64,000 nucleotides of DNA from a virus. The stretch spans positions 10,400 to 74,399 of IMG/VR virus record IMGVR_UViG_3300027891_000005. The stretch is one strand, 5' to 3'. Shown in pieces: positions 28,449 through 37,642 of this stretch. The first letter of the stretch is position 1. The number at the start of each line of letters is the position of its first letter. Both the position numbers and the translations under genes were made by a program. The notes under the pieces were generated by a model. The model was given only the letters and a program-made list of their open reading frames with translations, searched no databases and was not told the DNA's origin.

Positions 28449-30230
28449 TTAGTTCGACTTCCTCCTAAGTGTTTTACTCTGTTCTTCATCCGTGCTGAAA
28501 ATACTGTTGCTCATATGGCTTTGTATCTTAAGTCGTTCAAATTTAGTAATTTCCGGGGAGTCTTTTGTAATCAAAAAATATTCCTTAATCTTTTTGAATT
28601 TTGACCCTACCCTGCGCGCACGGCCGCGGCGCTGCTGTATGCCGTCCTGGGCCTGAGGCAGGTCAAAATGTATGACAAAGCCGGCCGCCTGAAGATTTTG
28701 GCCTGTCTGCAACGCGGACGTGCCGATAAGGATTTTACAGTCCGGTTCCTTTTTGAACCGCTGTATGGTTATTACATCTTCTTCCGTATCTGTCATGCCG
28801 GTTACGGTAAGCACGGGCTCGGTTTTAAACGCCTTCTTAAGATCCTTGGCGAGCAGCCTGACTTGGCGCTCAAACTCCGTAAATATAATAACTTTGTTAT
28901 TGTTGTCAATGATCTCCCGCACAAGCTCAATGCACAGCTCCGTCTTCGGGGACATAGGGTATTTAGCCGGGAGGCCGTCGGCATACAGCCTCCTGAGGAA
29001 AGACGAACGGCTCATGGGCAGAAGCCTTGGGTCATCGGCTACGGCCCTCGCGGCCATAGAGTGGAGCATGACGCGCCCATATAATTTCTCTTTGTCCTGC
29101 GCGGATATTTTGTTGTTAAACTTTGCGGAAGCATAGGCCTGGCTGGCCTCCGCCTTATTATTGTTTATGGCGCCCAGCAAAGACTGCTGTGCCTTATCGG
29201 GGTCAATGCGGTATATCTTAGTAATTATATCCGGCAGCTCTAAATCAATCTCGTGTTCCGTCAGCCGCAACACGTAATCATCAACGACATCCTTCAGTTC
29301 GGTAAGGTTCTTATAGCCAACTTTCTGCACGCCGAACTTAGTATGCTCATAGTCAATGTAATGGCTGGCGAAATCGCCCCAGTTGCCCAATATGGCATCG
29401 TCTTTTAACCCGAACACGGCATACAGGTTATCGGGCTTGCTTTTAATCGGGGTAGCCGTAAGTATCGTAAGATACGGGATGTTTTTAATCACTGCCTTTA
29501 CAGCGGTATTTATTTTGCCGCCCCTTGTGGCTATATCCTGAGCCTCGTCAATGACGGCATAATCAATCTTTATATTTTTGAGGATGTCTTTGTCGAACAA
29601 GAATAGATGGAAATTAATGATAAGCGTGCCTGAATCGGCTTGTTCAAACGCTTTGTATATTTCCAGCCTCTTATTTTTTACGACGCCGTTTTTTATTAAG
29701 AATATTTTTTCATTTGGTGAAAAAATCTCATATACCTCTTGGCCCCATTGCGATTTTAATAGTTTTGGGCACACCAATATAGTTTTTTTAACGCCTTTAT
29801 TGATCTTCATCCATTCCTGGGTAACAATGCTGCAAATACTTTTACCAAGCCCCACCGCAAAACAATTCACCGCAAAACTATACTTTTCTAAGCGGTCAAT
29901 CATCCAATTACAGCCAAATTCCTGATATTTAAAAAGCGTAAGGTTGTTTAATTTGGGCAGCACATAAGACGGGATGTTATATAGTTGGGTGTAGTCAGGT
30001 TTTGGTAGACCAAACAGCTTCCATTTCGGAGTCAACCAAATAAGGCGCTCCCCAGCCATATCCTCAAGTATGTCTATGTCGTCTTTCGGGAAGTACCATA
30101 GCCTCCGGTCGCCGTCATATTCCATGCCCGGCACATGCTTCCTTATGTTTTTCATAAGGGTTACGTATGTCTGGCAGTATTTAAAAGACAGTTTTAAATA
30201 ACTTTTTGAAACCTGATCTACGAGAATCAT
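28449..30230 (-). CDS. SNF2/DEAD-like SF2 helicase
   Basis: VGLGKS, VIDEAQ, LTATP, GQNLQ, QRRGRARR. Confidence 0.88.
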   Translation of the reverse strand: MILVDQVSKSYLKLSFKYCQTYVTLMKNIRKHVPGMEYDGDRRLWYFPKDDIDILEDMAGERLIWLTPKWKLFGLPKPDYTQLYNIPSYVLPKLNNLTLFKYQEFGCNWMIDRLEKYSFAVNCFAVGLGKSICSIVTQEWMKINKGVKKTILVCPKLLKSQWGQEVYEIFSPNEKIFLIKNGVVKNKRLEIYKAFEQADSGTLIINFHLFLFDKDILKNIKIDYAVIDEAQDIATRGGKINTAVKAVIKNIPYLTILTATPIKSKPDNLYAVFGLKDDAILGNWGDFASHYIDYEHTKFGVQKVGYKNLTELKDVVDDYVLRLTEHEIDLELPDIITKIYRIDPDKAQQSLLGAINNNKAEASQAYASAKFNNKISAQDKEKLYGRVMLHSMAARAVADDPRLLPMSRSSFLRRLYADGLPAKYPMSPKTELCIELVREIIDNNNKVIIFTEFERQVRLLAKDLKKAFKTEPVLTVTGMTDTEEDVITIQRFKKEPDCKILIGTSALQTGQNLQAAGFVIHFDLPQAQDGIQQRRGRARRVGSKFKKIKEYFLITKDSPEITKFERLKIQSHMSNSIFSTDEEQSKTLRRKSN

Positions 30231-30248
30231 GTCAATCAACTCTTTATG

Positions 30249-30461
30249 TCAGATTTGTGATTTGTACACCGTAAAGGAATAACCCGTTTCAATGTCAATT
30301 TCTTCAACGGACAATAAAGCCCGGCAATCGTTTCCCGCAAGCTCCAATGCTTTGTTTTCCGCGCCTTTTTCATCCATGGCCGTCACGACGCCGACGACAT
30401 TCGCCATAGGCTCTTCTGTCCTATGATGTACCTGTTTCATTACAAAAAAATATGTGTTCAT
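30249..30461 (-). CDS. Small hypothetical protein
   Basis: 70-aa ORF with GGAG SD. Confidence 0.55.
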   Translation of the reverse strand: MNTYFFVMKQVHHRTEEPMANVVGVVTAMDEKGAENKALELAGNDCRALLSVEEIDIETGYSFTVYKSQI

Positions 30462-30525
30462 AAAATAATCTCCATTGGATAAATTTAGTCAGATCGTGAA
30501 GAAAAGCTTGCTTTCTATTTATTTC

Positions 30526-30828
30526 TTAGCTTCTCAAGTCTGTTTTACTTGCTAAACACTCAGAAAGTCCTGGATAATCCCTACATTCTATATTACGCCT
30601 ATTATACGCAATACAGATAGTAGTTCCATCATCATTATCTTTAAGCCATTTACATCTACCTTCAAGTTGTTCTGAGTTTTCATCGATATAATCGCAAAGA
30701 TAATTAAATCCAAATGTCATTTCAAGATAATCTAAAAAGTCAGGAGACAAATCCGAATTCTTATATTTTGGAATCATTATTGAAGAATTATTGCAGCAAC
30801 ATCCACATCGACAGCAATAATTTAACAT
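30526..30828 (-). CDS. YkgJ-like cysteine-cluster protein
   Basis: CCRCGCCC...CKWL...CIAYNRR..ECRDYP; AT-rich. Confidence 0.65.
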   Translation of the reverse strand: MLNYCCRCGCCCNNSSIMIPKYKNSDLSPDFLDYLEMTFGFNYLCDYIDENSEQLEGRCKWLKDNDDGTTICIAYNRRNIECRDYPGLSECLASKTDLRS

Positions 30829-30845
30829 AAATTTATCTTCCTTTT

Positions 30846-31493
30846 TTATCTTTCCATATCGTTCCAAGCGATTTTAGCTTCCTCGGCTGTTTCTACCCAC
30901 TCCCCGCGGCACGTAAAACAATACGGGCATAAGTACGAAAACTTCCCCTGATGTTCTTGCAATTCGGGCCTCTTATGCATAACGCAAAAACAAGATGGGC
31001 ACGGAAGGAAGTCAAATTCTACTTTACCCATAAGGCTTTGCCATAACGCGAGTTCGCTTTCCGACCTGCGGCCATAAAAGTTAAAAATATCCTCGGTTTC
31101 CCGCCGGCGTACTGATATGGCGGCATCCCATAATGAAACGTAAAAGTTGTCGAAAGTATATTTATTGCGGATTATTGCTGCGGCGTCCATTATGCGCGCC
31201 ACGCATTGCTTTAGGTCCTCATAGTCGGAGAACCTGCCTACGAAGCGCCTGTTAATATATGCGTCCCGTGGCCGGGGGGTACCTTTCGGCGCGTACTCCT
31301 TTATTATATAGGGGCTTATAATTAACGCCTGGTTTTGGATATGCTGATCAATGACATCTTGCGTTATCTGCTTTTTAGTAAACCCATTTTCGGTTTTCTT
31401 TATAATATTAATCGGATGGGCAATGTACATGTAATCCTTGCGCTTGTCAAGAATTATGACACTGCCAAGGCGATACGTATAGACTTTAATCAT
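30846..31493 (-). CDS. Protein with a C-terminal Lar-like zinc finger
   Basis: LPCPSC...CPYC...TAEEAKIAWN. Confidence 0.55.
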   Translation of the reverse strand: MIKVYTYRLGSVIILDKRKDYMYIAHPINIIKKTENGFTKKQITQDVIDQHIQNQALIISPYIIKEYAPKGTPRPRDAYINRRFVGRFSDYEDLKQCVARIMDAAAIIRNKYTFDNFYVSLWDAAISVRRRETEDIFNFYGRRSESELALWQSLMGKVEFDFLPCPSCFCVMHKRPELQEHQGKFSYLCPYCFTCRGEWVETAEEAKIAWNDMER

Positions 31494-31541
31494 TTGCCCT
31501 CCGGATTACATCTAACACTTAGTATCTTCCTTAGTATGTAA

Positions 31542-32006
31542 TCATTTCCCTTGTAACATTTCTTCTTTCAAGTCAAATAAATATTTCATGAGCGGGTTAT
31601 GGGTAAGCAGCCCGGCCCAATAGTGGTTTACGGCCCCAAGATCCTGGAATACCCTCTTGTCGGTCATGATGGCCTTTACCGTAATGGTGGCGTTCATCAA
31701 ATTGGAGTTGGTTATAAAATAATCGAATTCCGCGTTTGTAAAACCCATCTCGGTAGCCCGCAGCGCAAGCGCGTCATGCAGATCGCTGGACTTCCGCGCA
31801 AGCTCTTCCGGGTACCCATCAGACCCGGCCTCCTCCATGGATCTTATAACCTGTGCCATATACTGACTGCAAAGGGCGGCGCCGATATAGTTTATCTCTT
31901 CAAGGATGACGCCGGACTGTATAAACGTGCCGGCTATGTGCCGCGCCACGTTATCGAGGCGCTCTATTTCCCTTTGGTAACTCTCTTCTTTTGTAAGTTC
32001 AGTCAA
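31542..32006 (-). CDS. Hypothetical helical protein
   Basis: 154-aa ORF. Confidence 0.6.
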   Translation of the reverse strand: MTELTKEESYQREIERLDNVARHIAGTFIQSGVILEEINYIGAALCSQYMAQVIRSMEEAGSDGYPEELARKSSDLHDALALRATEMGFTNAEFDYFITNSNLMNATITVKAIMTDKRVFQDLGAVNHYWAGLLTHNPLMKYLFDLKEEMLQGK

Positions 32007-32007
32007 A

Positions 32008-32325
32008 TTAACCGCTTCCTAACTTCCCATTATTATGTAGATAGTTTAAATACTTATATATGGCCTTCTCTTGGTCAAATTCCCGCAGCGGCAAAAATTC
32101 CAGTTGGCCGGGCCACCCGTTAACCGCATCCCATATGCCGTCGCTGTCGCGGTATATCACAGGCATATTTAACAGGAACTCTCCCTCAAGGTTATATATA
32201 TCGTTCAAGACGTTCCTTATATCGTTAGTTACGGAGTTTCCGCCTTTGTCCTGATCCACGATGCAAAGAATCCCGCGTTCAATCGTATATGTGTAATCGG
32301 ATCTATAAGATGTTTTTATTAAAAT
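32008..32325 (-). CDS. Conserved mobile-element hypothetical protein
   Basis: SDYTYTIE..ILCIVDQD.G.NSVTNDI...IYRDSDGIWD; only ATT/ATA follows the GGGAGGGG SD. Confidence 0.6.
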   Translation of the reverse strand: MLIKTSYRSDYTYTIERGILCIVDQDKGGNSVTNDIRNVLNDIYNLEGEFLLNMPVIYRDSDGIWDAVNGWPGQLEFLPLREFDQEKAIYKYLNYLHNNGKLGSG

Positions 32326-32534
32326 AATAAACCCCTCCCTTAAAAATAATTATAATATAAAATAAACCCATTGCATATAGGTAAATTACGTACTTATAAT
32401 GGGTTTTGCCCCGCAGGCAGGGCAATCGTCCTCGCTCGCCCCGCAGGGGAAATAAAAAAAATATCCCGCCGATTAGATAATTATGCTATACTATTATAAA
32501 CAAAAAACATACATAATTTAAGGGGGGTAATAGA

Positions 32535-32936
32535 ATAAACCCTTTGAATCAACAATTTATAATGAGGTGCCGCGCCAGGGGCCGCGTAACAATTGAAGAA
32601 GCCGTTGAGATCGGCATACAAATGGGGATTTTTGAAGACGAAGATATCGAAATCGTTCAATACCGAGACAGGAAGCAGCAGGTGCGCCTTATCTTCGGGC
32701 GCGTTATGGATGATGGGGAACGGGTTATACGCAGCATAAGGGCCGGCGACGAAATATTCTATGTGGACCTTACAAGCACGACCAACAGCCTCGCACTTAA
32801 CCTCCTAATAAAAGCCGAAGAAGATAGGATTATAAAAGCCCAGAAAAAACTAAAGAGCCTCAGGAAAATTAAAGCACAGATGGAGGGGCAGCTAAAACTC
32901 GAAGGCTTCGACGAGTATTACGCAGATGCCTTATGA
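32535..32936 (+). CDS. Hypothetical protein, counter-oriented
   Basis: Track ORF from TTG 32544; in-frame ATA at 32535 is 7 nt after the GGGGGG SD. Confidence 0.65.
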   Translation: MNPLNQQFIMRCRARGRVTIEEAVEIGIQMGIFEDEDIEIVQYRDRKQQVRLIFGRVMDDGERVIRSIRAGDEIFYVDLTSTTNSLALNLLIKAEEDRIIKAQKKLKSLRKIKAQMEGQLKLEGFDEYYADAL

Positions 32937-33064
32937 CGCGCTTAATAGCTTCAATTTTTGCCCTAATCTTTACCCTGATGATTATGATTATATCGCTGAT
33001 GTTCCTTTCAAGCGGCCAGAGGGTTAAAATAGCGTTTCCCACGCCCTTCCCGGAAGATGCTTAG
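32933..33064 (+). CDS. 43-aa single-transmembrane peptide
   Basis: ATGA overlap; MTRLIASIFALIFTLMIMIISLMFLSSGQRVKIAFPTPFPEDA. Confidence 0.55.
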   Translation: MTRLIASIFALIFTLMIMIISLMFLSSGQRVKIAFPTPFPEDA

Positions 33065-33081
33065 GAGGCAGTTAACAAATG

Positions 33082-33129
33082 AAAAAAAATTAAGCGCGGG
33101 TAAAAAATTCCCGCGCTTAATTTTTTTTT
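33082..33129. terminator. Bidirectional intrinsic terminator
   Basis: A8-TTAAGCGCGGG / CCCGCGCTTAA-T-run between convergent genes. Confidence 0.85.
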
Positions 33130-33162
33130 GGGAGTGATTATTTCCCTCACCAATTATATAGA

Positions 33163-33798
33163 TTAGAACGGCATATCGTCCTCATCATCCAATGAGCCAA
33201 TGATTTCTTCATAGCTGTCGTCATCGGATTCGGCCTCTATTTCAGCTTTCTTGCCATTTTTCGAGGCAGCCTTTACAGATCTGGAATTCTTGGCCTTAGG
33301 GGCAGCTTCCTCTGTACTGGCGGTATTGTCTACGTTGACCCAGATGTCGTCGTTTACGTCTACTGCGACTATCCTGACACGGGTCTTGACAGCTTTTATC
33401 TTCACTTCGCCGGGTTCAAACGTGACCGTCTCGCCGTCACTAAGCTCTATCTCGCCGGCTTCTTCGTTTGTCACATATCCAATGTATTGTTCCGGGTACC
33501 AGGTGAAAGAGATCCTGCGGGCCTTTAAGCCGCCTTTTTTCTTGCCCTCTTCACTGCCGTCGTGGTAGCAGCGCAGGTACTTGTCCATGAATTCGGCTTG
33601 CTGCCCTATAATTTGGAAGTCCATAATGGTATCCTTGAATACCTTCTTGCCCTCGACTTCTACGCGCACAGGCTGCGGGATTGCTACACGGCCGTAAAGG
33701 GACGCGATTTTGTCCTTGCTGTTCTTGCTTTCAAAATAACGGATCTCTTCCGCCAAATGGATGATCCTGCCGATGGAACGGTTAAAATTTGTTTTCAT
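33163..33798 (-). CDS. Second, divergent SSB-like OB-fold protein
   Basis: GR...EIRYF...DF...GQQAEF..KYL; acidic tail ending DDEDDMPF. Confidence 0.6.
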   Translation of the reverse strand: MKTNFNRSIGRIIHLAEEIRYFESKNSKDKIASLYGRVAIPQPVRVEVEGKKVFKDTIMDFQIIGQQAEFMDKYLRCYHDGSEEGKKKGGLKARRISFTWYPEQYIGYVTNEEAGEIELSDGETVTFEPGEVKIKAVKTRVRIVAVDVNDDIWVNVDNTASTEEAAPKAKNSRSVKAASKNGKKAEIEAESDDDSYEEIIGSLDDEDDMPF

Positions 33799-33838
33799 TA
33801 AAAAACATCTCCTTTTTTATAATAATTTCGCTAATAAG

Positions 33839-33851
33839 GCGGCTTTGCCGC
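33839..33851 (-). promoter_or_regulatory. Hairpin motif A with N8-GAAAT
   Basis: GCGGCAAAGCCGCC-TTATTAGC-GAAAT, 41 nt upstream of ATG 33798. Confidence 0.6.
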
Positions 33852-34009
33852 TGCGAGCGGTGCGACCGCCATTCTTAGAAAGTAAAAATGCCCGCACAAT
33901 TTCTATATGCGGGCATGGCGCCGGGCCGAGCTATCGTTATCGTTTAATGGGGTGCGAATGCTTATCCGGCTTTTCTGTCTTTACTCACACTTTGAAGACA
34001 CGGCAAATA

Positions 34010-34534
34010 TTAATCTGTTTCTTCTAAAATTTCGTCGTCATATTCGTCAGGCTCATAACCAAGCGACAATATATTTTCTTCGGTATACTCAAAATCCTGG
34101 TGTAATGTTTCAGTATAAACCAAGTCTTCGCCATTAGACCTTAGTTCCCCTTCGGCTGAATATAATAATTGGCAGGCGCCTTCCTTATCGGTATAGGCGA
34201 CGGCAATATACGCGCCGCTTTCTTTCATGCCCTTGCATAACGACGCATAGATATCCTTAATATCTTGTTTGCCGGATTCTTTAAACATCTCGCCAAAATA
34301 TTTTAGATTGTTATTATATGCCCACCTGCCTGAGCCATAAAAATACGCGGAATAACAGCCCCCGTCCTCTTCAAAAAACAAACAATCGCCGCCATTGACT
34401 GTAAATTCACTTAATTCTGTGGAATACCACCAACTTGAGGCTTCCTGGAACAATGCCTCTATTTCTTTTATCATTTCTTCGGGCCATTTGCCCCAAAGGG
34501 TAAAAAGCCCGTTCGCGTCGCTGATGTTTGCCAT
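34010..34534 (-). CDS. Hypothetical protein
   Basis: 174-aa acidic ORF with GGGAGG SD. Confidence 0.6.
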   Translation of the reverse strand: MANISDANGLFTLWGKWPEEMIKEIEALFQEASSWWYSTELSEFTVNGGDCLFFEEDGGCYSAYFYGSGRWAYNNNLKYFGEMFKESGKQDIKDIYASLCKGMKESGAYIAVAYTDKEGACQLLYSAEGELRSNGEDLVYTETLHQDFEYTEENILSLGYEPDEYDDEILEETD

Positions 34535-34547
34535 CGATGCCTCCCGT

Positions 34548-35006
34548 TTAAACCCCTGAATTTTCGTAAACGGTATCTTTTTTTATCGGTATGTTATCGA
34601 AAACATTCAAGGCGGCGGCTTTTAAATCCGCTATGTTCCCATAAGAGGGCTTCGCCCATTCGAATTCAATTTTGTATTCTTCGGTCAGCTTATAAATTAC
34701 TTTCCATAGGTCAAAGTTAGCCCTTTTCCTGTCGTTTTTCTCTACCCAGTCGCACATCCAGTCCTTCTTGATAGCGTCAACAATGAATTTGCTGTCCGTA
34801 TAGACAGTTATGTCGGCCTTCCTGCCGAGGGCCTTGAGGGCCTTTATGACGGATATCATGCCGGCCCTCTCTGGCGTCGTCTGCCTGTAACGGCATAGGA
34901 TGTCTTTTTGTTTACCTTCGCAAAGCAGCCGTGAGGCAACGGCTATACTATTTTTATAATTCTCTGTGTTCTCGCAAAATGTAGAAAATATCTCAACTTT
35001 CTTCAA
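34548..35006 (-). CDS. RNase HI-fold protein, apparently catalytically degenerate
   Basis: VYTDSKFIV, NFDLWK, IEFEWAK retained; N-terminal DG and the TNNRME-type Glu are absent. Confidence 0.7.
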   Translation of the reverse strand: MKKVEIFSTFCENTENYKNSIAVASRLLCEGKQKDILCRYRQTTPERAGMISVIKALKALGRKADITVYTDSKFIVDAIKKDWMCDWVEKNDRKRANFDLWKVIYKLTEEYKIEFEWAKPSYGNIADLKAAALNVFDNIPIKKDTVYENSGV

Positions 35007-35008
35007 AA

Positions 35009-35407
35009 TTACTCATCCTCTGTAACAATAATGTTTGCGTGTTTCCTCTTGTTCTTTGAATACCCAAAGGTAAACGTCTTAACAATGCTGCGGGACAGCC
35101 CCGCGCCGAGGCCTACGCCGCGCTTTGCTATGTTCGCCGTGATGTCTATTGCTTCGCACGACACGCCTTCGACGATATTGATGGCGCCGCATACAACGTC
35201 TGAAGCTACGCCGGCCGTGTTGACAAGGAAATTGTCTATGTTACCTTTTTCATGCTTAATCAGGAAGCCGGAGACAACGCCGTTGATTTTGTCTGGTATG
35301 AAATCCTCAAAAGGCTCGACGCTGTTTATTAAGTCCAGCTCGTCTTCCGTGAAAACTATCTCTTCACCAAAAATTTGTTCTACTTCTGCTGTTTTTTTTT
35401 TAGCCAT
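35009..35407 (-). CDS. Hypothetical protein
   Basis: ATG at 35407 after AAGGAG. Confidence 0.6.
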   Translation of the reverse strand: MAKKKTAEVEQIFGEEIVFTEDELDLINSVEPFEDFIPDKINGVVSGFLIKHEKGNIDNFLVNTAGVASDVVCGAINIVEGVSCEAIDITANIAKRGVGLGAGLSRSIVKTFTFGYSKNKRKHANIIVTEDE

Positions 35408-35446
35408 TAAAAACATCTCCTTTTTTTTATAAAATTTCGTCAATCA

Positions 35447-35461
35447 GGCGGCTTTGCCGCC
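35447..35461 (-). promoter_or_regulatory. Hairpin motif A with N8-GAAAT
   Basis: GGCGGCAAAGCCGCC-TGATTGAC-GAAAT, 40 nt upstream of ATG 35407. Confidence 0.6.
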
Positions 35462-35473
35462 AGTATTGGAGAT

Positions 35474-35764
35474 TTAGCCTGCATTATCGTCCGGAAGCAT
35501 TGTTTTCAGTATATTCAAGGCGTCCTGCATTAAAAAAAGCCCGACAGAAAATCCATAAGCGAAAGTATCGCTTTCTTCAAATTTATAAAGCTCCGAGTAT
35601 AAGGCGGAAAGTTCTTTCAGCCGCTCACAATCTTCCGGGGGGAGCTTTTCGGCCAGACCGTTTTCCATCGCGGTAATTTTGCGCGATATTTCTAGCTGCT
35701 TGGCCGCGTTTGGGTTACGGCGTTCGCTCGGGATTATCTTTCCGTCAAACATTTCTTTAAGCAT
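35474..35764 (-). CDS. DUF6809-like protein
   Basis: LKEMFDGKIIPSE...FAYGFSVGLFLM. Confidence 0.7.
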   Translation of the reverse strand: MLKEMFDGKIIPSERRNPNAAKQLEISRKITAMENGLAEKLPPEDCERLKELSALYSELYKFEESDTFAYGFSVGLFLMQDALNILKTMLPDDNAG

Positions 35765-35784
35765 AAGCTATTCAGACCTCCTAA

Positions 35785-36426
35785 TTAATTGTTTGGGCTC
35801 TCCTGCTGCGGATCGTTATAGCTTTCATAATAAACCGGATCGTCCATATTTTCCGCGTAAACCCCGATACAAACCTCTTTGCCCGGAGGTTTCGAAGGGT
35901 TATGTTCGGCAAAACATAATGCTTTGTCTATTTCGCCTGGTTTCCGTAAAAACAAGTTAATGCCGGGGTATTCCGTGTCGATGAATAATTCGGCGCAAAG
36001 CGATACCCCGCCAGGGATAGGGATCTGTATCCTGTCTATTGCCCCGACATAGCTTATAAACCATACACCTTTTTCGTCCTGGCATTTATCGGCCAACTTA
36101 AAAGGCAAATGCTTATTGATTATCTTCCCGCAAAGGGCCTCGCACAGCTCCATGACTTTACCGTCCTCATAATAGTTTTGCTCGCGATCCCATTCGTCGG
36201 CGCCGGCATAATCAAATACTTTTTCAAGCTCGTCAGGGGTCAATGGGTTCATGAATAATTGTAGGACCCAGCATTGCAGATATTCCCTTGCCGCATCGGC
36301 TTCAATCCGGCGCGACAGAAGTTTTGTCAGCTCGTCCGACATGACCGCAGAGATTTCGCCCCATGTTAAATAGAGGCATTGCATGGGCGCTTGTTGGAAT
36401 TTATGATACGGGTTGATTTGAACCAT
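35785..36426 (-). CDS. Hypothetical mobile-element protein
   Basis: ORF; AAGGAGG SD near 36430; start uncertain. Confidence 0.55.
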   Translation of the reverse strand: MVQINPYHKFQQAPMQCLYLTWGEISAVMSDELTKLLSRRIEADAAREYLQCWVLQLFMNPLTPDELEKVFDYAGADEWDREQNYYEDGKVMELCEALCGKIINKHLPFKLADKCQDEKGVWFISYVGAIDRIQIPIPGGVSLCAELFIDTEYPGINLFLRKPGEIDKALCFAEHNPSKPPGKEVCIGVYAENMDDPVYYESYNDPQQESPNN

Positions 36427-36748
36427 CCTCCTTAAGATCCGTCTCAAATTCATAGAGGTCTTCATCACATTGAAAACATTGATATTTATATTCAGGGTTA
36501 TCCGAATAATGGACGGGCGACTTGCAGCGGCGGCATACCCTGTTTGCTTCGCCTGTTTTCATCTCTCCGTAGTCATCCGGGAACTCGTCTATCAAATATG
36601 AATCGACCTTAAAGGAGCCGTCTACGTATTCGTATTCGTCCGGCAGCGGTGATTCTTTGGCGTGCGAGACAGCGGCTTCCAAATATTCCGCCTCTACAAT
36701 TAAGGTAGCTGTGGCGGACCAGCTTACCGGGATCCTAAACTTCTTCAT
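36401..36748 (-). CDS. Hypothetical protein with a C-terminal CxxC zinc ribbon
   Basis: CRRC...YQCFQCDEDLYEFE. Confidence 0.6.
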   Translation of the reverse strand: MKKFRIPVSWSATATLIVEAEYLEAAVSHAKESPLPDEYEYVDGSFKVDSYLIDEFPDDYGEMKTGEANRVCRRCKSPVHYSDNPEYKYQCFQCDEDLYEFETDLKEDGSNQPVS

Positions 36749-37637
36749 AAATTGATTCTTCCTCCTTCTTTTTTGCTAATATTTTTAGCAAGTCAACGAC
36801 ATCGCGCTCATTTACAATAGACTTGAGACCTTGCTTGACGAACTGCTTTATCACGTCGGCCTGGCAATTGACGGTATTCTTGCCCCTGAATTTATCGGTA
36901 AAGTTGTCAAAGGCGCACGCATACTCCACAAGCTCCTTATGCTGGCAGAGGTACTTGTACCAGAGAAGCTTGTAGTAGGCCGTAAGGTACTTTATATCGA
37001 GCTGTATGCCGTAGATGTCAAGTGAATAGGGGCGTTGCCCCTTATGAGTGCGTGAACCGTCCTGTAGCCTCTTACAGCCCTGATAGTGGCCCTCTATGGT
37101 GTCTTCAATACCAAATACCTTTACCTTTGCGTAGAGGGCCGAGAAGCGTTTATCGCCGGCTGAAGAGCATTCAAGGGTCTTCCCTTTGATGCACATTAAT
37201 TTATCCCACGCTTTCTTTTTGGACTCGTCGCTTGGCATGGTACAAACAGCCTGCGTCCAGAAGCCTTTGGCATAGCGGCCGGCCTCTTTGTAGTCGGCAA
37301 GGAGCTTGCTGTATATTTTTCTGTTAAAAAAACGCTGCTGGCGGCGGCGATATATATCGCTTAAGAGCCTTGAAAGCCCTTCCTCCGTCATCGGGTAAAA
37401 ATACATCGTATAATTATCGCGTTTAACGCGATACCGTTCTTTTACGTAAGGCAGCACATTATACATATACTTTAAATGGCCTTTGCCGGAATGGTCGGAT
37501 ATTCGGATAGTGTTGCAGGCGCCGTAGTCGATTTTAATGTATAAGGAATTCGTCGAGTAGGCGTCGTATTCATGTATGACGAACCCTTTGTTTAACAGGC
37601 AGGTTTTTAATTTTTCTTTTGTTTCCCGGAGCGTTAT
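36735..37637 (-). CDS. Two-domain protein with a C-terminal NADAR-like domain
   Basis: LECSSAGDKRFSALYA...IEGHYQGCK...LWYKYL...FTD..NCQADVI; frame is open upstream to ATA 37637. Confidence 0.55.
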   Translation of the reverse strand: MTLRETKEKLKTCLLNKGFVIHEYDAYSTNSLYIKIDYGACNTIRISDHSGKGHLKYMYNVLPYVKERYRVKRDNYTMYFYPMTEEGLSRLLSDIYRRRQQRFFNRKIYSKLLADYKEAGRYAKGFWTQAVCTMPSDESKKKAWDKLMCIKGKTLECSSAGDKRFSALYAKVKVFGIEDTIEGHYQGCKRLQDGSRTHKGQRPYSLDIYGIQLDIKYLTAYYKLLWYKYLCQHKELVEYACAFDNFTDKFRGKNTVNCQADVIKQFVKQGLKSIVNERDVVDLLKILAKKKEEESIYEEV

Positions 37638-37642
37638 TTATC

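Noticed and set aside
18603-31042. GGCTTTGCC cores at 18603 and 31034
   Set aside because: Both are inside CDSs with only a 3-bp stem and are not upstream of a start; not counted as motif A
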